Shown here: in pieces, positions 11,994-24,470 of the stretch
Numbering within the stretch: position 1 is the first letter of the stretch
How the letters are laid out: every line of letters begins with the position of its first letter
Assembly (NCBI GenBank): GCA_043228905.1
Contig: JBHGNT010000015.1
Location: forward strand, 3,844,001 to 3,908,000
DNA from: Azolla caroliniana
Taxonomy: Eukaryota > Plantae > Polypodiophyta
Length of the DNA: 64,000 nucleotides
Direction of reading: 5' to 3'
The notes under the pieces: generated by a model
Database searches by the model: none
The model's input: the letters and a program-made list of their open reading frames with translations, nothing else
What the model was told of the DNA's origin: nothing
Made by a program: the position numbers and the translations under genes

Positions 11994-14900
11994 ATGGAGC
12001 GTCGACACATCGTCGCATTGCAGTGTGCTTCCATTGCTCTGCTCTCTGTCTCTCTCCTGCATTTCTACCGAACCCGGCGTAGAAACCTTCGCAGGGCTTC
12101 TCTAGAACGTGTCAAAGATCTTCTCAATTGGAACAGAGAGCTAGAAGGCCTGGAAGAAGGAGACGAAGACGAAGACAATGAAGCAGATGCAATAGCAGAA
12201 GAAAAAAATGTGAGGGGTCGGACTTCTCATATCTGTACTTCTAATAGCAATAAGGAGACGAAATCATGTGGTAGTTGTAAACCTAAATTACCATCTTCTC
12301 GTCGTAAAAGGAAAGAGGAAGGTTCAGTTAAGCATCAAAATCGGGCAAATCGAGTCTTGAATTTGCCCGAGAAGCGAACATTAGCTGAAAATCCTATTGT
12401 CTTGGATGTCAAGTCTCTTAATTCTATCCAAGGTAAAGTTATTTATGCTTCTCAAACCGGTCGTAGTAAGGCCTTAGCTGAAAAACTTGTTCGAGATCTC
12501 TTAGTTGAGAATGCTCAAGTTGAGCTATTGGACCCTTTGTCTTATGAACCCGAAGACTTAGCTCAAGAGAAGTTTGTTGTCTTTGTTGTCTCGACATGGG
12601 AGAATGGCTTAGCGCCAGATCATGCTTCTTTTCTTGGAAGATGGTTAGAAGAAAGTTCTGCCGATTTTAGGGTCAGTTCTTGGCTCCTAAATCAGTGCAA
12701 ATATGCCATTTTTGGAATAGGTAGTAGTGCTTATGGCTCTTCATATAATATGGTTGCTAGATCCTGGGATCAGCATATGTCAGAACTTGGGGCAAGTAGG
12801 ATACTTGATAGAGAAGAAGGAGACGAAGATGAAGGTTTGGTGGATGAAAAATTCAAGGAATGGACGGAAAAGCTCATTAGAAAGCTGAAGTCTCTCAATG
12901 GGTCTCCATTACAAGTGGTTCATGAAGAAGGAAATATCGATGATGCTATCGATAGTGACGATGAAGATGAAGATGAAGATGATTATGATAAAGATGAAGA
13001 TGAAGATGACAAAGAGAATATGGAAGAAGAGTTGGTTGATGTAGAAGATATTGGAGGGAAGTTTGATGTATCGGGGAAAAAAGATAACGTGCTTCTAGAA
13101 AATGGTAAACAAAAAATATATAGAAGGAAGAATCAAAGCAAAGTAGTTCCAAGTTTGGACAATGGAAATCAAGGACCAAAGGAAATGGTGACCCCAACCA
13201 TTCGTGCAAATTTAGAAAAGCAGGTTTGACATCATGCCACTATCTATTACTAGGAAATTTCATGGTCTATATATGGATGCTTGTTTCCAATATTTGGTTA
13301 TGGTGGCTATGCAGGGATATAAAATCATTGGTTCACATAGTGGTGTGAAGCTTTGTAGATGGACTAAGTCACAGCTCCGAGGACGTGGTGGATGTTATAA
13401 GCATTCATTTTATGGCATTGAAAGTCATAGGTAAGAATTTTATGCTTGGCATTCGAGAATGTTTTGTTACTAATCAGCAGTCTCCTTTTCATGTGTTAAA
13501 AATTGGAAAGCATGAAAAAAGACTGCGAATCGGATATTTGTATATTTTATAGGATTTGTAGTTTTCAAATATTTCCAGCCCATGCTCCTTTATAGTTCTA
13601 TTTTTTCTGATAATTCGATTTACCTAATTTTGTGCTACTTGACATGGTAAAGATTAAAATGTTTGTAAAAGAAACCCTGTTTGGCTAAGCTAGTTTGTAT
13701 ATTTGACCACAGGTGTATGGAGACGACACCAAGCCTAGCATGTGCTAACAAATGTGTGTTTTGTTGGAGACATCACACGAATCCTGTTGGCAAGACGTGG
13801 AAGTGGAAAATGGACGACCCTATCGAGATTGTTGAAGCTGCATTAGACAAACATATTAAAATGGTCAAACAGATGAAAGGTGTTCCTGGTGAGACTTGAA
13901 AGTGAAGTTTTCATATCTATATATGATCTTTGCAAAAATGGAAACACTTTGTTCATTTATGGAGTGTCTGTGCATGTGTTGCATCACAGGCGTTAGTCAA
14001 GACCGCTTGATCGAAGGAATTAACCCCAGACATTGTGCCTTATCTCTGGTTGGGGAACCTATCATGTACCCTGAAATTAATAAGCTAGTAAGAGAGTTGC
14101 ACAAACGCAGGATTTCAACATTTCTCGTTACCAATGCACAATTTCCAGATTGCATCGAAAATCTGGATCCGATCACACAGGCATGAATATTGAGAGTTTT
14201 GTTTGTTATAGAAGTTGTTCTACATTGTGAATCTTGATATTATCTCTAGAAAAGCTCACAGGAGGACATGTATACCCATCTTAAATTGGCACTTTTGGCA
14301 TTATCAGCTCTATGTCAGTGTTGATGCAGCTACCAAGGAACGGCTTAAGGCTATCGATCGACCACTTTTTGCAGATTTCTGGGAGCGCTTTGTAGTAAGC
14401 AGTTTGCTGTTATTGTTTTGAGCATGAAAATTTCTTGGTGCTATGCATAACATGAAATCACTTTTGTTGTATTTTTCTCTGAAATTTGAATAGTTTTTTA
14501 CTATCAAAATGATTATTAGGGTAATATACTAAGCTTAAAACTTATTTCATTTTTTTGTATTTTGTTTCCTGTGATGAAATATCTGGATCTTTTAGAATCG
14601 TAATGTCATAAGCATAGATGAAAATATGTTAGTCTGAAACATGGAATTGAATTTGAAGATTATGAGCACATGCTAGTCTGAACCGTACAATCTATAATAT
14701 CAGATTCCACCCCATATGGGATCTGTCGACAAACTAATTCATCAGAAAACATACATGGCATCTGGTCAGGTCGACAAGAAGTCCTTACCCTCTTTTCTTC
14801 AGCTCGATTGTCTCTGTTCTTTGCTAGGATCCAGTCATAGGGTTCTTTAGGTGGATTTCTTGATCGCAACCTGCTGCCTAGTAACGTGAATCTGGAATCC

Positions 14901-16124
14901 CTGTAATTGCTTTCTTAAGTCTCATGAAGAAACCTATGCTAATGAGACAACATGGCCCATTTCACTATATCTCTCCCTCAAAGTTGATCATTTATCTGTA
15001 AAATTTGTAAGCAATTTACATGTCATGTTTCCGGAAAATGGTGGATGATCTATGATTTTCATCTTGTACTCACTCCATTACAATATTTCATCACTGAGGG
15101 GAATAGTGATTGCTGAATTCCCTTGTATTGTGCTAACAGGATTCATTGAAGGCCCTTAAAAACAAACATCAGAGAACTGTTTACAGACTAACCTTGGTTA
15201 AAGGATGGAACACTGAAGAAATTGAAGGATATGCAAGTCTTCTAGAAATTGGGGAACCAGACTTCTTAGAGATCAAAGGAGTGACCTACTGTGGGTCGTA
15301 AGTTATCTTCACATCTATATGCTTTGTGTAGATTGGTATGCATAAGAAATGAGAATCCTTTGTTTCAGATCAACCACATCAACCTTGACAATGGAGAACG
15401 TTCCGTGGCATGAAGATGTCAAGAATTTTGCAGAGGCTATTGCATCAAAGAGCAATGGTAAATATGAGCTGGCATGTGAGCATGCACATTCCTGTTGTGT
15501 GCTCCTAGCAAATGCTAAGAAGTTTAAATTGAATGGCTCCTGGTATACATGGATAGACTATGAAAAATTCCATGATTTGGTACTCTCTCTCTCTCTCTAT
15601 CTATCTATCTTTACAGCATTTTAGTGTTACATTTATATACTTAATGTATTCAGATGCTCTAAGTGGGACTTAAATGGAGCTACTGATATTCACTGCATAG
15701 CTTGCCTATTTCTCCTTTCGAAATAATTTTATATCATTCATATAAGTTTTACATTAATATACTTCGACATGTTGAGGTGCACTAAGTGGAATTCAATTGA
15801 GAGGCTAGAGCTACCGATATCCACTGAGTCTTTCTTTTGGACATTATTATACATCATGCCATTCAAGTGTTGAATTGACATACTTGCCATGTTTAGTTGC
15901 TCACATAGCTTGTCTAATGTTCCGTTGGAAATTTTAGTAAAAACTTTCTATGTTCTTGGCAGGTTGCTGGTGGCTCTCAGTTCTCTAGCGAAGATTATAT
16001 GGCTCAAACTCCAGCATGGGCTGTTTATGGTTCTGCTGAGGGTGGGTTTGATCCAAATGAAGTTCGTGTGAAAAAGGAACGCCGACATGGCGTTTCGAAA
16101 CCTGTTTCTGGAGGCTGTACTTAA
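11994..16124 (+). CDS. TYW1: S-adenosyl-L-methionine-dependent tRNA 4-demethylwyosine synthase (flavodoxin + radical SAM); exons 11994-13223, 13315-13430, 13713-13888, 13990-14180, 14308-14394, 15140-15297, 15369-15579, 15963-16124
   Basis: IYASQTGRSK flavodoxin motif; GYKIIGSHSGVKLCRWTK; CANKCVFC radical-SAM triad; HCALSLVGEP; ends GFDPNEVRVKKERRHGVSKPVSGGCT*; exons join in frame. Confidence 0.95.
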
Positions 16125-18116
16125 AACACAATTTTGTGGTATAGGTAAAAAATTAACATTATAGTGGTCTCAGGGCGTTTTCCATTTGAGGTAGACATTT
16201 AGTAACTACAATTTTTTTGTGCTAAGTTTCGAGGTGCATGTAAGATTCGATTTGATAACAAATTTTGTGGCCGTTGATTGAAGATTTGAAGGCTCAAGTT
16301 GTTTTAGAAAGGTTCTTCGAACAGTGTTGTGTTCCCAGCTGTGAATAAGGACCTAAGTTCAAGGTGAAAGAAATAATCTGCATCTGTGGATCAGACTGTA
16401 CGTGAGCTGTATATATTGAATGAGAATAAATTGTTATTTTTAGTTGACCTCCATCTGGCATATTTAGATGCAAGTATGTTAATGACATTAAAGCATATGG
16501 ATGTCTGAATCAGATGATTTTGATTCAGAAACCATTTCTCAATTTCTTCAATATAATGTGGTTTGCTTTGTACCATGCCCTCTACTTTGAAAAACCATGT
16601 GAGATACTTTCGATGTAAAAAATTATGTACCTACCTACATGCATAAAGGAGGATCAGTGGAATTCAGTCATAAACAGGGTAAGCGTGATTATGTACCAGC
16701 ACAAGGGAAGGGGAGGAAGATGAATATAGAGAAGATTCTAATATCAGAGAGAGAATATTTAGAAATTTTTGTTTGTGCTCCAGAGGAAAGTGGATTAAGA
16801 AATGAGATAGTTTTGTGGCTATAACTGTATTATTTTATTGGATGTAGGTGGATGGATATAAATTGAATTGAAAGATGTGTGCATATTGTGATTTTTTGAG
16901 AGGGCAATATTTTGTTGGTAAGGGCTTGCTTGACAAATCTGTTTGTCGTCCTGTGAAAGACATACTAGCTAGACGTTGTACATATCGAACAAGAGATTCA
17001 TAATCTTACAGTTTACTGAAGGAGGAATCTCTTTTTGGTGCAATGGTGATTGTGGAAAAACGTTATGTGCTACATTTATTGTCAAAACATCATATTAAAG
17101 GAATGGTTTTTATACGAACTTTTCCTATACATTTGGAGTTTTTCCTTGATGGAAGTCTAGAGCATCAACTAACTATTATGTATTTGCTCATACCTTCAGT
17201 TGTACTGGCAGATTCATTGCCATTAAACAATTGTATACAAATTTGAGAATATGATGCAAGTGTAGTTGCAATATAACGACCTTATCTTGTAAACTTTTCA
17301 CTTAAACAATGATCATCAATCATGGATTCATCATGGCAATGAGTGATGATAATTAGATTCCTCCATTTATAGTGCCTCTTAATAATGATATGGAGAGTAA
17401 AACGCAAAATCATGTGTCTTAAATTTGGAATGTTGCGTTGCTGAATAGCTACATCAAATCACGAACACATGAAGAAGTTCTCATGTGAGAATTAGTAATT
17501 CAAATCAGGAGGGGAACTAAAAATTTGAACTAGTTGGAGATATTATGGTGTCATATGGCAGATTCACGTTATACACTTGCTAGAAGGAGGTATGAAAGGT
17601 ATGGCTCTAACACTAGAGGGGGGGGATATGGATGGTGCGTGAGTCACACCGTAAGAGGTGTTGCCAAAAGGAAGGGTTAACTGGTGAATGAAATTGTAAA
17701 GAAACAGGTATGATTCTTGTGTAGCGGAATAGGTGTGAACTGTGTGTGTGTATGAGAGAGAGAGAGAGAGAGTGAGTGAGAGAGAGAGACAAGGAGTAAG
17801 ACACAGAGTATATGCAAGGTAGATTATATTAACAAAGGAGAAAGACTCAACATTGTACAAGGTGGGAGGAGGGTGCTTTATATAGTCACCCTCTCTCTTC
17901 ATTAACTGCAAGACTCATGGAGCATGGGGAATGTGAAAGCTAATAAGTTATGTGTCATAGAATATGATTCTATGACTCATAATAAATGATAGAATACAAC
18001 GTGGTGACATAATGGTGACTCTTGACCGTTGGAGTGTCTATTCACTCTCAAGGTGAGTTCACACACTAGACCAAGTTGAGCTTGATTCTCAACAAAAAAG
18101 AATAACCATGAAAGGG

Positions 18117-18254
18117 CGAGAAACAAAGAAATATTAATAGTCTTTTAAGAGGCCCAAAATGGCCTATAAGACCAAAAACAAGAGATTCCATTCGTAAGTG
18201 TTGTCTCATCTTTGAGAACAACAAACCACAATAAATGTTCGTCAATACAAACTT

Positions 18255-18305
<51 letters not shown>

Positions 18306-18420
18306 AGATAAAAAGATACTAAAGAATCTTGTTATTGGCACATGTAAGATTCCCAAGCTAGATAGCTTGTAATTTTCGTCTTCGAAAGAACTCTAGCATA
18401 GGTCAATCGAGAATGCCGAG
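18117..18420 (-). mobile_element. 3' end of the RTE/RTEX-like LINE family with an internal (GA)n
   Basis: GTCTTTTAAGAGGCCCAAAATGGCCTATAAGACC... shared with the intronic copies at 32-56 kb. Confidence 0.8.
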
Positions 18421-19087
18421 GCTAGAGATAGATTCACACACACACACATGCACGCGCACGCACACACATTGATTGAAGGAGATGAGAACAAAAACAACAC
18501 ATGCACGTGCACACACGCACATTGGCAGATAGAGATACAAACATAATCAACACTTTGGTGGTGATGGAGATGGAGATGAAGATGATGGAGATGGTGTGAA
18601 TGAAGAAGAAGATGAAGAGTCCATTCCACTTTTGGCACCCCTCTTTCCGTTTTTTGGTCTATAATTCCTTTTATCTTTTTGCTTTAACTGATTTGTTAGA
18701 CTCTTAACACTTTACATTCCATTACATTTCCATTTCGTTTTTGTTTTTGTTTTTTGTTTGGGAAGCTCTAAGGTTCTCTCTAACAAACTCAAACTCTTTA
18801 TGAAATAAGTATAATAAGATTTGTATATAAATTATTACAGAAATAAAATAACAGCGAATTTAGGGCTTCTTTGCATCGCCCGCACGTTTTGTGACGTTCG
18901 GGAATTGAATAGAAGATCTAAATGATTAAAATTTGTAAAAAAGGAATTTAAAAATAAATAAATAAATAGATTATATATATATATCGTCGAAAAAAATTCT
19001 GAGCAGACAGAAATCACAGAAAAAACTGTTGAGGAAATTATTGCTGTTTTTTGTTTTCGGATTGCTTCTGTTTTGGTGTTTGTATGT

Positions 19088-20911
19088 ATGGATCTGATGA
19101 TTGGCTCTGATGATCACGATCGTCCTCCTCCTGCTTCGGTTGATGATGATCGTATTTATATTAATTTCGCCAATGGCAATATCATTCCAGCAATCCCTAA
19201 TCCCTCTCCTCCTCATAACAATGTCCTCCTCCTCTCCGATTCTCAGCTCCTCGATGCCATGGAAGCTGAATTGCGCTTAGCTTACAAGATGGTACTGCTA
19301 CAGCGATTCCCATCCATTCCTTACTGTTAAATTTTTATTTTTTGTCCATTGATTCGCTCAACTTTGCGTGCTTAAATCTGAATGAGAACCTTCTTTCTGC
19401 ATCCGTGGAATTATTAACTAAAAGTTTGACATAATGAACCAACGAATGGAATTGAAACTGTTAAATTTTATTTTATTCTTTTATCCATTGATTCACTCAA
19501 CTTTGCGTGCTTAAATCTGAATGAGAACCTTCTGCATCCGTGGAATTATTAACTAAAATTTTGACCTAATGAACAAACGAATGGAAATGGAATTGAAACT
19601 GTTAAATTTTATTTTATTTTTTTATCCATTGATTCACTCAACTTTGCGTGCTTAAATCTGAATGAGAACCTTCTGCATCCGTGGAATTATTAACTAAAAG
19701 TTTGACCTAATGAACCAACGAATGGAATTGAAACTGAACTGAGATGAGAACGGATGGATCATGGCAGGTGGAAGAGCTGAAGCAGGCGCCACGGCATAAT
19801 AAGAGCTACAATTCTAGGTCACGGAGGGGAATGAATGGAAATGGTAGAAGGAGTGGTAGTAGCAGTGAGGCTATGGCGCTGAATATAGCGAAGCCATGCT
19901 GTTTCTGCAGCGGCAGCACTACAACCGCCGCCGCCATGGCAAGTCATGAAATGATGGTTCAGACGATGAGCAGGAGCGGCTCGGATCAATTCCCGTCGCC
20001 AGATTCGACGGCGCAGATGCGCAGCAGCGCCACCACTACGCCGCCGCGACGATCTTCCTCCACTTCTTCTTCTTCTCCCTCGTCTTCCCGCCTCCTCCTC
20101 CTCAGTAATAGTAGTAATCTGACGGTGCGCCATTTTTGTAATTTCAGCATATATTTTCTTTTCCCTCCATTTTTTCGTTACTACTTATAATGTGATAGAT
20201 GGTTGGTAGTTATATTGGAAATTCATCCCTACTTACTGACATGATTTAGATTGTACTTCCTGTATGATTTGAACACGTTTTGAGTTCCTTATGTGTGTAC
20301 GCATATTATGCATCTGAGAGTGCGCGCACGGAGCAATACTCCACACATATTATTCGTAAATGGATCATTTGCAATGGAGGGATTAAGTATCTAGCTCATA
20401 TTAAGGGTTCATTAACAGAAGTAATGGATTGAACTAATCCAGAATGCATAAATTTGCTATTGTTTTCGTTGCATATTGTGTAATCCCAAAATTAGGGCGG
20501 CGTAGGAGATGGGACGGTTTTTAGGGTTTCAATAGAGGAAGTGTGTTTAGTAGTATCATCCATGGAGGCTTTTAAAAACAGTCTGGTGAATTTTTAAAAT
20601 AGTATAAGGCCTTAAATGAATGTGAGCGATGAATTCTTGGAGCACTTTTATAGAGTAATGCACTTATAGTCTTGAGATATTCCATGGTTTCAGAAAATTG
20701 GATTTGTTTAATTACCATTCAATGTCAAGTCCATGTAATTAGCGAGCACTTTTAATGTATTGGTTGCCTCAAACTAATCTAAACTTTACCATAACTCCAG
20801 GTTGCTCAGAAGCTTTTCGACACGCGAATGGAGACTGTTTCCACAGGGTTGAACCCAGATGGTTTGATGCTAGCAGTAGACAAGTTCCTCTCTTCCCCTA
20901 ATTACAGTTGA
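19088..20911 (+). CDS. Putative orphan Ser-rich protein (~223 aa); exons 19088-19291, 19768-20124, 20801-20911
   Basis: Three GC-richer open blocks joined by phase-0 GT-AG introns: MDLMIG...LAYKM | VEELKQ...SNLT | VAQKLF...SPNYS*; (TA)n upstream at ~18972; no recognised domain; intron-1 acceptor lacks a pyrimidine tract. Confidence 0.55.
19324..19737. repeat. ~135-140-bp tandem repeat x3 filling intron 1 of the orphan gene
   Basis: CTGTTAAATTTT...TCAACTTTGCGTGCTTAAATCTGAATGAGAACC...GGAATTGAAA three times. Confidence 0.92.
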
Positions 20912-21321
20912 TGTGCAAATTAAGGAGATTACAGGTCCAATTAGGATCTAATTGTGATGTGCTTATAAATATCTACCCATCTAAGCCAAATGATGCCTTT
21001 AATCCTCCCAGAATGTCGAAAGTAGAGAGAAATAATGGCAAGGCTAAGTTTCTTTAAATCTAATCCAAGTTCTGATAATTATATATTACAATGTATCTGT
21101 CGACACTGTATTTCAAGTAAATTAAACAATGGCCACCCGATTAGTAACAGAAAATGCTCTTTACATTGTGAAGAAGACAATCAGTTAACACATTGAATAA
21201 GGTTGTGCTGTTATCCCTCTCCCTAAACGAATAGAAATCTTAATTATGTATACACGAACATGTTGCATATGGCCTCGCATATAGCAGCTTGGATATGGCC
21301 GGGCTATGGTTTTAGATAGGG

Positions 21322-21700
21322 TTTAGAGATTTATACCAAAGAATATTGAGTAATGTTTGAACATAATTAGATGCATTTCTAATTAGATCGGATATAGAAA
21401 GTTATACCAAAGACTCAAGAGTATTGAGTAAATTAATGTTTGAACATACTTAGATGCATCTAATTGGATCGGATTTAGAGATTTATACCAACGAGTATTG
21501 AGTAATGTTTGAACATAATTAGATGCATCAATTTAGATCGGATTTACAGACATTAATACACAAGAGTATTGAGTAATGTTTCAACATAATTAGATGCATC
21601 AGATTAAATCAGATTGAGAGATTTATACCAAAGAGTATGAGTAGTGTCTGAACATATTTAGGTGCATCAAGTTAGATCGAATTTAGAGATTAATACCGAA
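21322..21700. repeat. ~70-bp minisatellite x5-6
   Basis: GATTTAGAGATTTATACCAAAGAGTATTGAGTAATGTTTGAACATAATTAGATGCATC units. Confidence 0.9.
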
Positions 21701-21991
21701 TATTATGATCACCACTCAACAAGATTTAGGAATTGACAAAGGGAATTTATAAATATGAGTAAATGGAGTCGGAATTATAACAAAATTAGGGAATGGACGA
21801 AGTTTTGGCATGGTGCAGAGAGCCTTAAATCGTAATTGGTGAATCTTAAGATCTGGATTAATTAATTCAGTGTCTCTTCAACAATGTATTAAGTGACAGA
21901 ATTAGAAGTAAGAATTACTTTACAGGATTAAGAAAAGGGAGGTTTCAGCAACAGAAGTATGCCACCGATTTTTACTGCCGGTGCGTGAAAA

Positions 21992-22197
21992 TTAATACTC
22001 AAACCATTAAACAATCGAAAGCAAAAGACTTAAATACTCGAACCATTAAACAATCGAAATCGAACCATTAAACAATCGAAAGAAAAACACTTAATACTCG
22101 ATCCATTAAACAATGGAAAGAAAAAAAACGTCATACTCGAGCCATTAAACAATCGAAAGAAAAAAACTTAATACTCAAGCCATTAAACAATCGAAAG
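21992..22197. repeat. ~38-bp minisatellite x~6
   Basis: TTAATACTCGAACCATTAAACAATCGAAAG units. Confidence 0.9.
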
Positions 22198-22394
22198 TAT
22201 ATGTATATATTTATTTATTTTTAGATTTAATGTTTAACGATTGACGAAGATGTTAATGTGATATGCTGTCATTACACAGACTAAGATTAGGCATATATGG
22301 TTGACACTAATTATGGATCAATGGCGGCTATAATTGGGGGGTATGTACTACAGGCAATGGATTTTGGATTCGATTGGATTGGATTGATTTGTAT

Positions 22395-23381
22395 TTACTC
22401 CTGGTGGTGTCCACTGTGATGGTCATGGCCTGATGCATTTGGGGAGGTATGATGATGATGATGGTCATGGTGGCTAGATTGATGGCCATCATGCTGAGGC
22501 TTGGACGCCTGATGCTTCTTCGATTTCCTCTTGTGGCCTGCACGGGCAGAGGCAGGGCGTTTCTTCGAAGCAGCAGCAGAAGAAGAAGAAGCAGACCTGG
22601 ATGAGGCCTTCTTCTTCCCTTTCTGTGCTGCTACTTTCCGCTTCTTCGTGCCGCCCGCCTGATAATTTCCCACAGACATCATCATCATCATCATCATGAA
22701 AAGCCATAGATATGGAGTCAATTCTTCTTTATGATCCCATGGGAAATGCTTAATTTTTAGTCCATTTCTCAGAGAATGAATTAAGACCAAAGAATCAACC
22801 AAATTTAAAACAAACAGGTTAATTTTTAGTCCATTTCTCAGAGAATTAAGACGAAAGAATCAACGAAATTCAAAACAAACAGGAACTTAAATTTTTGGTC
22901 CATTTCTCATAGAATTACGACGAAAGAATCAACGAATTCAAAAAACACATGTAAATTTTAAAGAATTATGACGAAAGAATCAACCAAATTCAAAACAAAC
23001 AGATCAATTTTAGTCCATTTCTCAGAGAATGAATTAAGACGAAAGAATCAACAAAATTTAAAACAAACAGGTTAATTTTCTGTCCATTTCTCAGAGAATT
23101 ACGACAAAAGAATCAACAAATTTAAAACAAACAGGTTAATTTTATTCCATTTCTCAGCGAATTAACACGAAAGAATCAACAAATTTTAAAACAAAAAACA
23201 GGCACGCAAACACAAACGATCCCCGAAGGCACATTCAAGATGGTTTTTCTGTAAGAAGGAAAGGGATCATTAGAAATATGTATTGGGAGTTTTTTTTTAC
23301 CTTGACTTTGTGGGGTTTGGAGGCGAGTTTCTTCTTGGCAGAAGGAGAAGCAGAAGCCTTCATCTTTCGAGCAGGAGCCAT
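22395..23381 (-). CDS. 114-aa highly basic, His-tailed protein (protamine-like / sperm nuclear basic protein candidate); exons 23381-23301, 22658-22395
   Basis: ATG at 23381 (TCCATGGCT context); MAPARKMKASASPSAKKKLASKPHKVK, donor AAG|GTAAA, acceptor TATCAG|GCG, then AGGTKKRKVAAQKGKKKASSRS...HDHHSGHHQE*; phase-0 intron; both exons share K/A/S composition. The gene model is fairly firm; the function is inferred. Confidence 0.75.
22748..23203. repeat. ~65-70-bp minisatellite x~7 filling the intron of the basic-protein gene
   Basis: TTAATTTTTAGTCCATTTCTCAGAGAATTAAGACGAAAGAATCAACGAAATTCAAAACAAACAGG units. Confidence 0.92.
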
Positions 23382-23542
23382 GGATACTAACTAATGCGTA
23401 TCTTCTTCCTGTATATGAGAGGTACTTTGGCAACGAATCAGAGCAAAATTAGGGCAAAGCTTTAAATTATGTTAATCTCAGAACACTCAGGGATTAATCA
23501 ACTAAACTCCTGATGAAATTCGGATGGGAAGGATTGAGAGAT

Positions 23543-23692
23543 TATATATATATATATGTATATATATATGTATGTATAGCTGATTCTTCTTCTGAAGGAT
23601 CGAAAGGGTTGGAAGGAGCCAACCGTCACGTGACCCCTCGCCAATAACCGTCACGTGATTAATTTAATTCCTCCATAACCGTCAACCCACGT
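23543..23692 (-). promoter_or_regulatory. Promoter of the basic-protein gene: (TA)n TATA-like tract plus 3x AACCGTCA (DUO1-type MYB site), two overlapping a CACGTG G-box
   Basis: AACCGTC at 23621-23627, 23646-23652 and 23677-23683, i.e. 240-300 bp upstream of the ATG. Confidence 0.6.
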
Positions 23693-23724
23693 CCCTTGAC
23701 TCCTCCTCTTTTGCATGCCTCTTA

Positions 23725-23726
<2 letters not shown>

Positions 23727-23768
<42 letters not shown>
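23727..23768. repeat. (ATT)n microsatellite
   Basis: Read directly from the sequence. Confidence 0.95.
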
Positions 23769-24173
23769 GATCATGCCTTTACATAATTTTCTCATTTTTT
23801 TCTCTTTTCTAAAGGGCATTTTGGTAATAAAAAAAACTTCTCTTATATTATCCTAAAACCCTATATGTTAATCCTAGTACCACCCCCATGTCACGCGACA
23901 ACTTCTATCTCTTGGTGTTATAGGACAGTTTCATTATTCAGTTATCCGATCGTTGCATCCCACTAGAGAGCGGGTATATAGATAGATTGATAGATCTATC
24001 AGTTGATGGATTGATTTATACATAAACCTCCCGAATTTGAATTCGTTGATCCTCGCCCATCAAGTGTAGTCCCTTATATGGAGCGAATCATCCTACTTGG
24101 TAGATTAAATTACAAACCTTTCATATTGTGGCATGCTAGACTCTTTCCCGAACATTAGTGCCTATCTTCGACT

Positions 24174-24470
24174 GTATCTAGTCATCTTGGGTCATGAGCT
24201 TTCGTTATGCATTCTATCCGCGAGTGAAATGGTCGTCTTTATGCATTTGACATGTCAGTACGACACGTCGTCAATTTTATGCATCTCTCGATCTAGATAT
24301 TGGCATCAATGGGTTGTATCTAGTCATCTTGGGTCATGAGCTTTCGTTATGCATTCTATCCGCGGTTGAAATGGTCGTCTTTATGCATTTGACTCTCACT
24401 TTTGACATGTCGCTCCGACACATCGTCAAATTTATGCATCTCTCGATCTAGATATTGGCATCAATGGGTT
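24174..24470. repeat. ~143-bp tandem duplication
   Basis: TGTATCTAGTCATCTTGGGTCATGAGCTTTCG...GGCATCAATGGGTT twice. Confidence 0.9.

Noticed and set aside
1-16124. Functional link between the tRNA array and TYW1
   Set aside because: TYW1 modifies tRNA-Phe, not tRNA-Gly, and 9 kb of TE sequence separates them; treated as coincidence
17600-18065. Reverse-oriented LTR remnant
   Set aside because: Suggestive TATA and microsatellite content, but termini, PBS and TSD cannot be established
18393-18638. His/Leu-rich minus-strand ORF
   Set aside because: Derived from (GATGGA)n and (CA)n simple repeats; no splice or start support
21992-22197. CRISPR-like array (also considered for 3687-3855 and 22748-23203)
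   Set aside because: No unique spacers, no cas genes, eukaryotic context; these are minisatellites
22395-23381. Histone H1 call
   Set aside because: No winged-helix globular domain; only H1-tail-like composition
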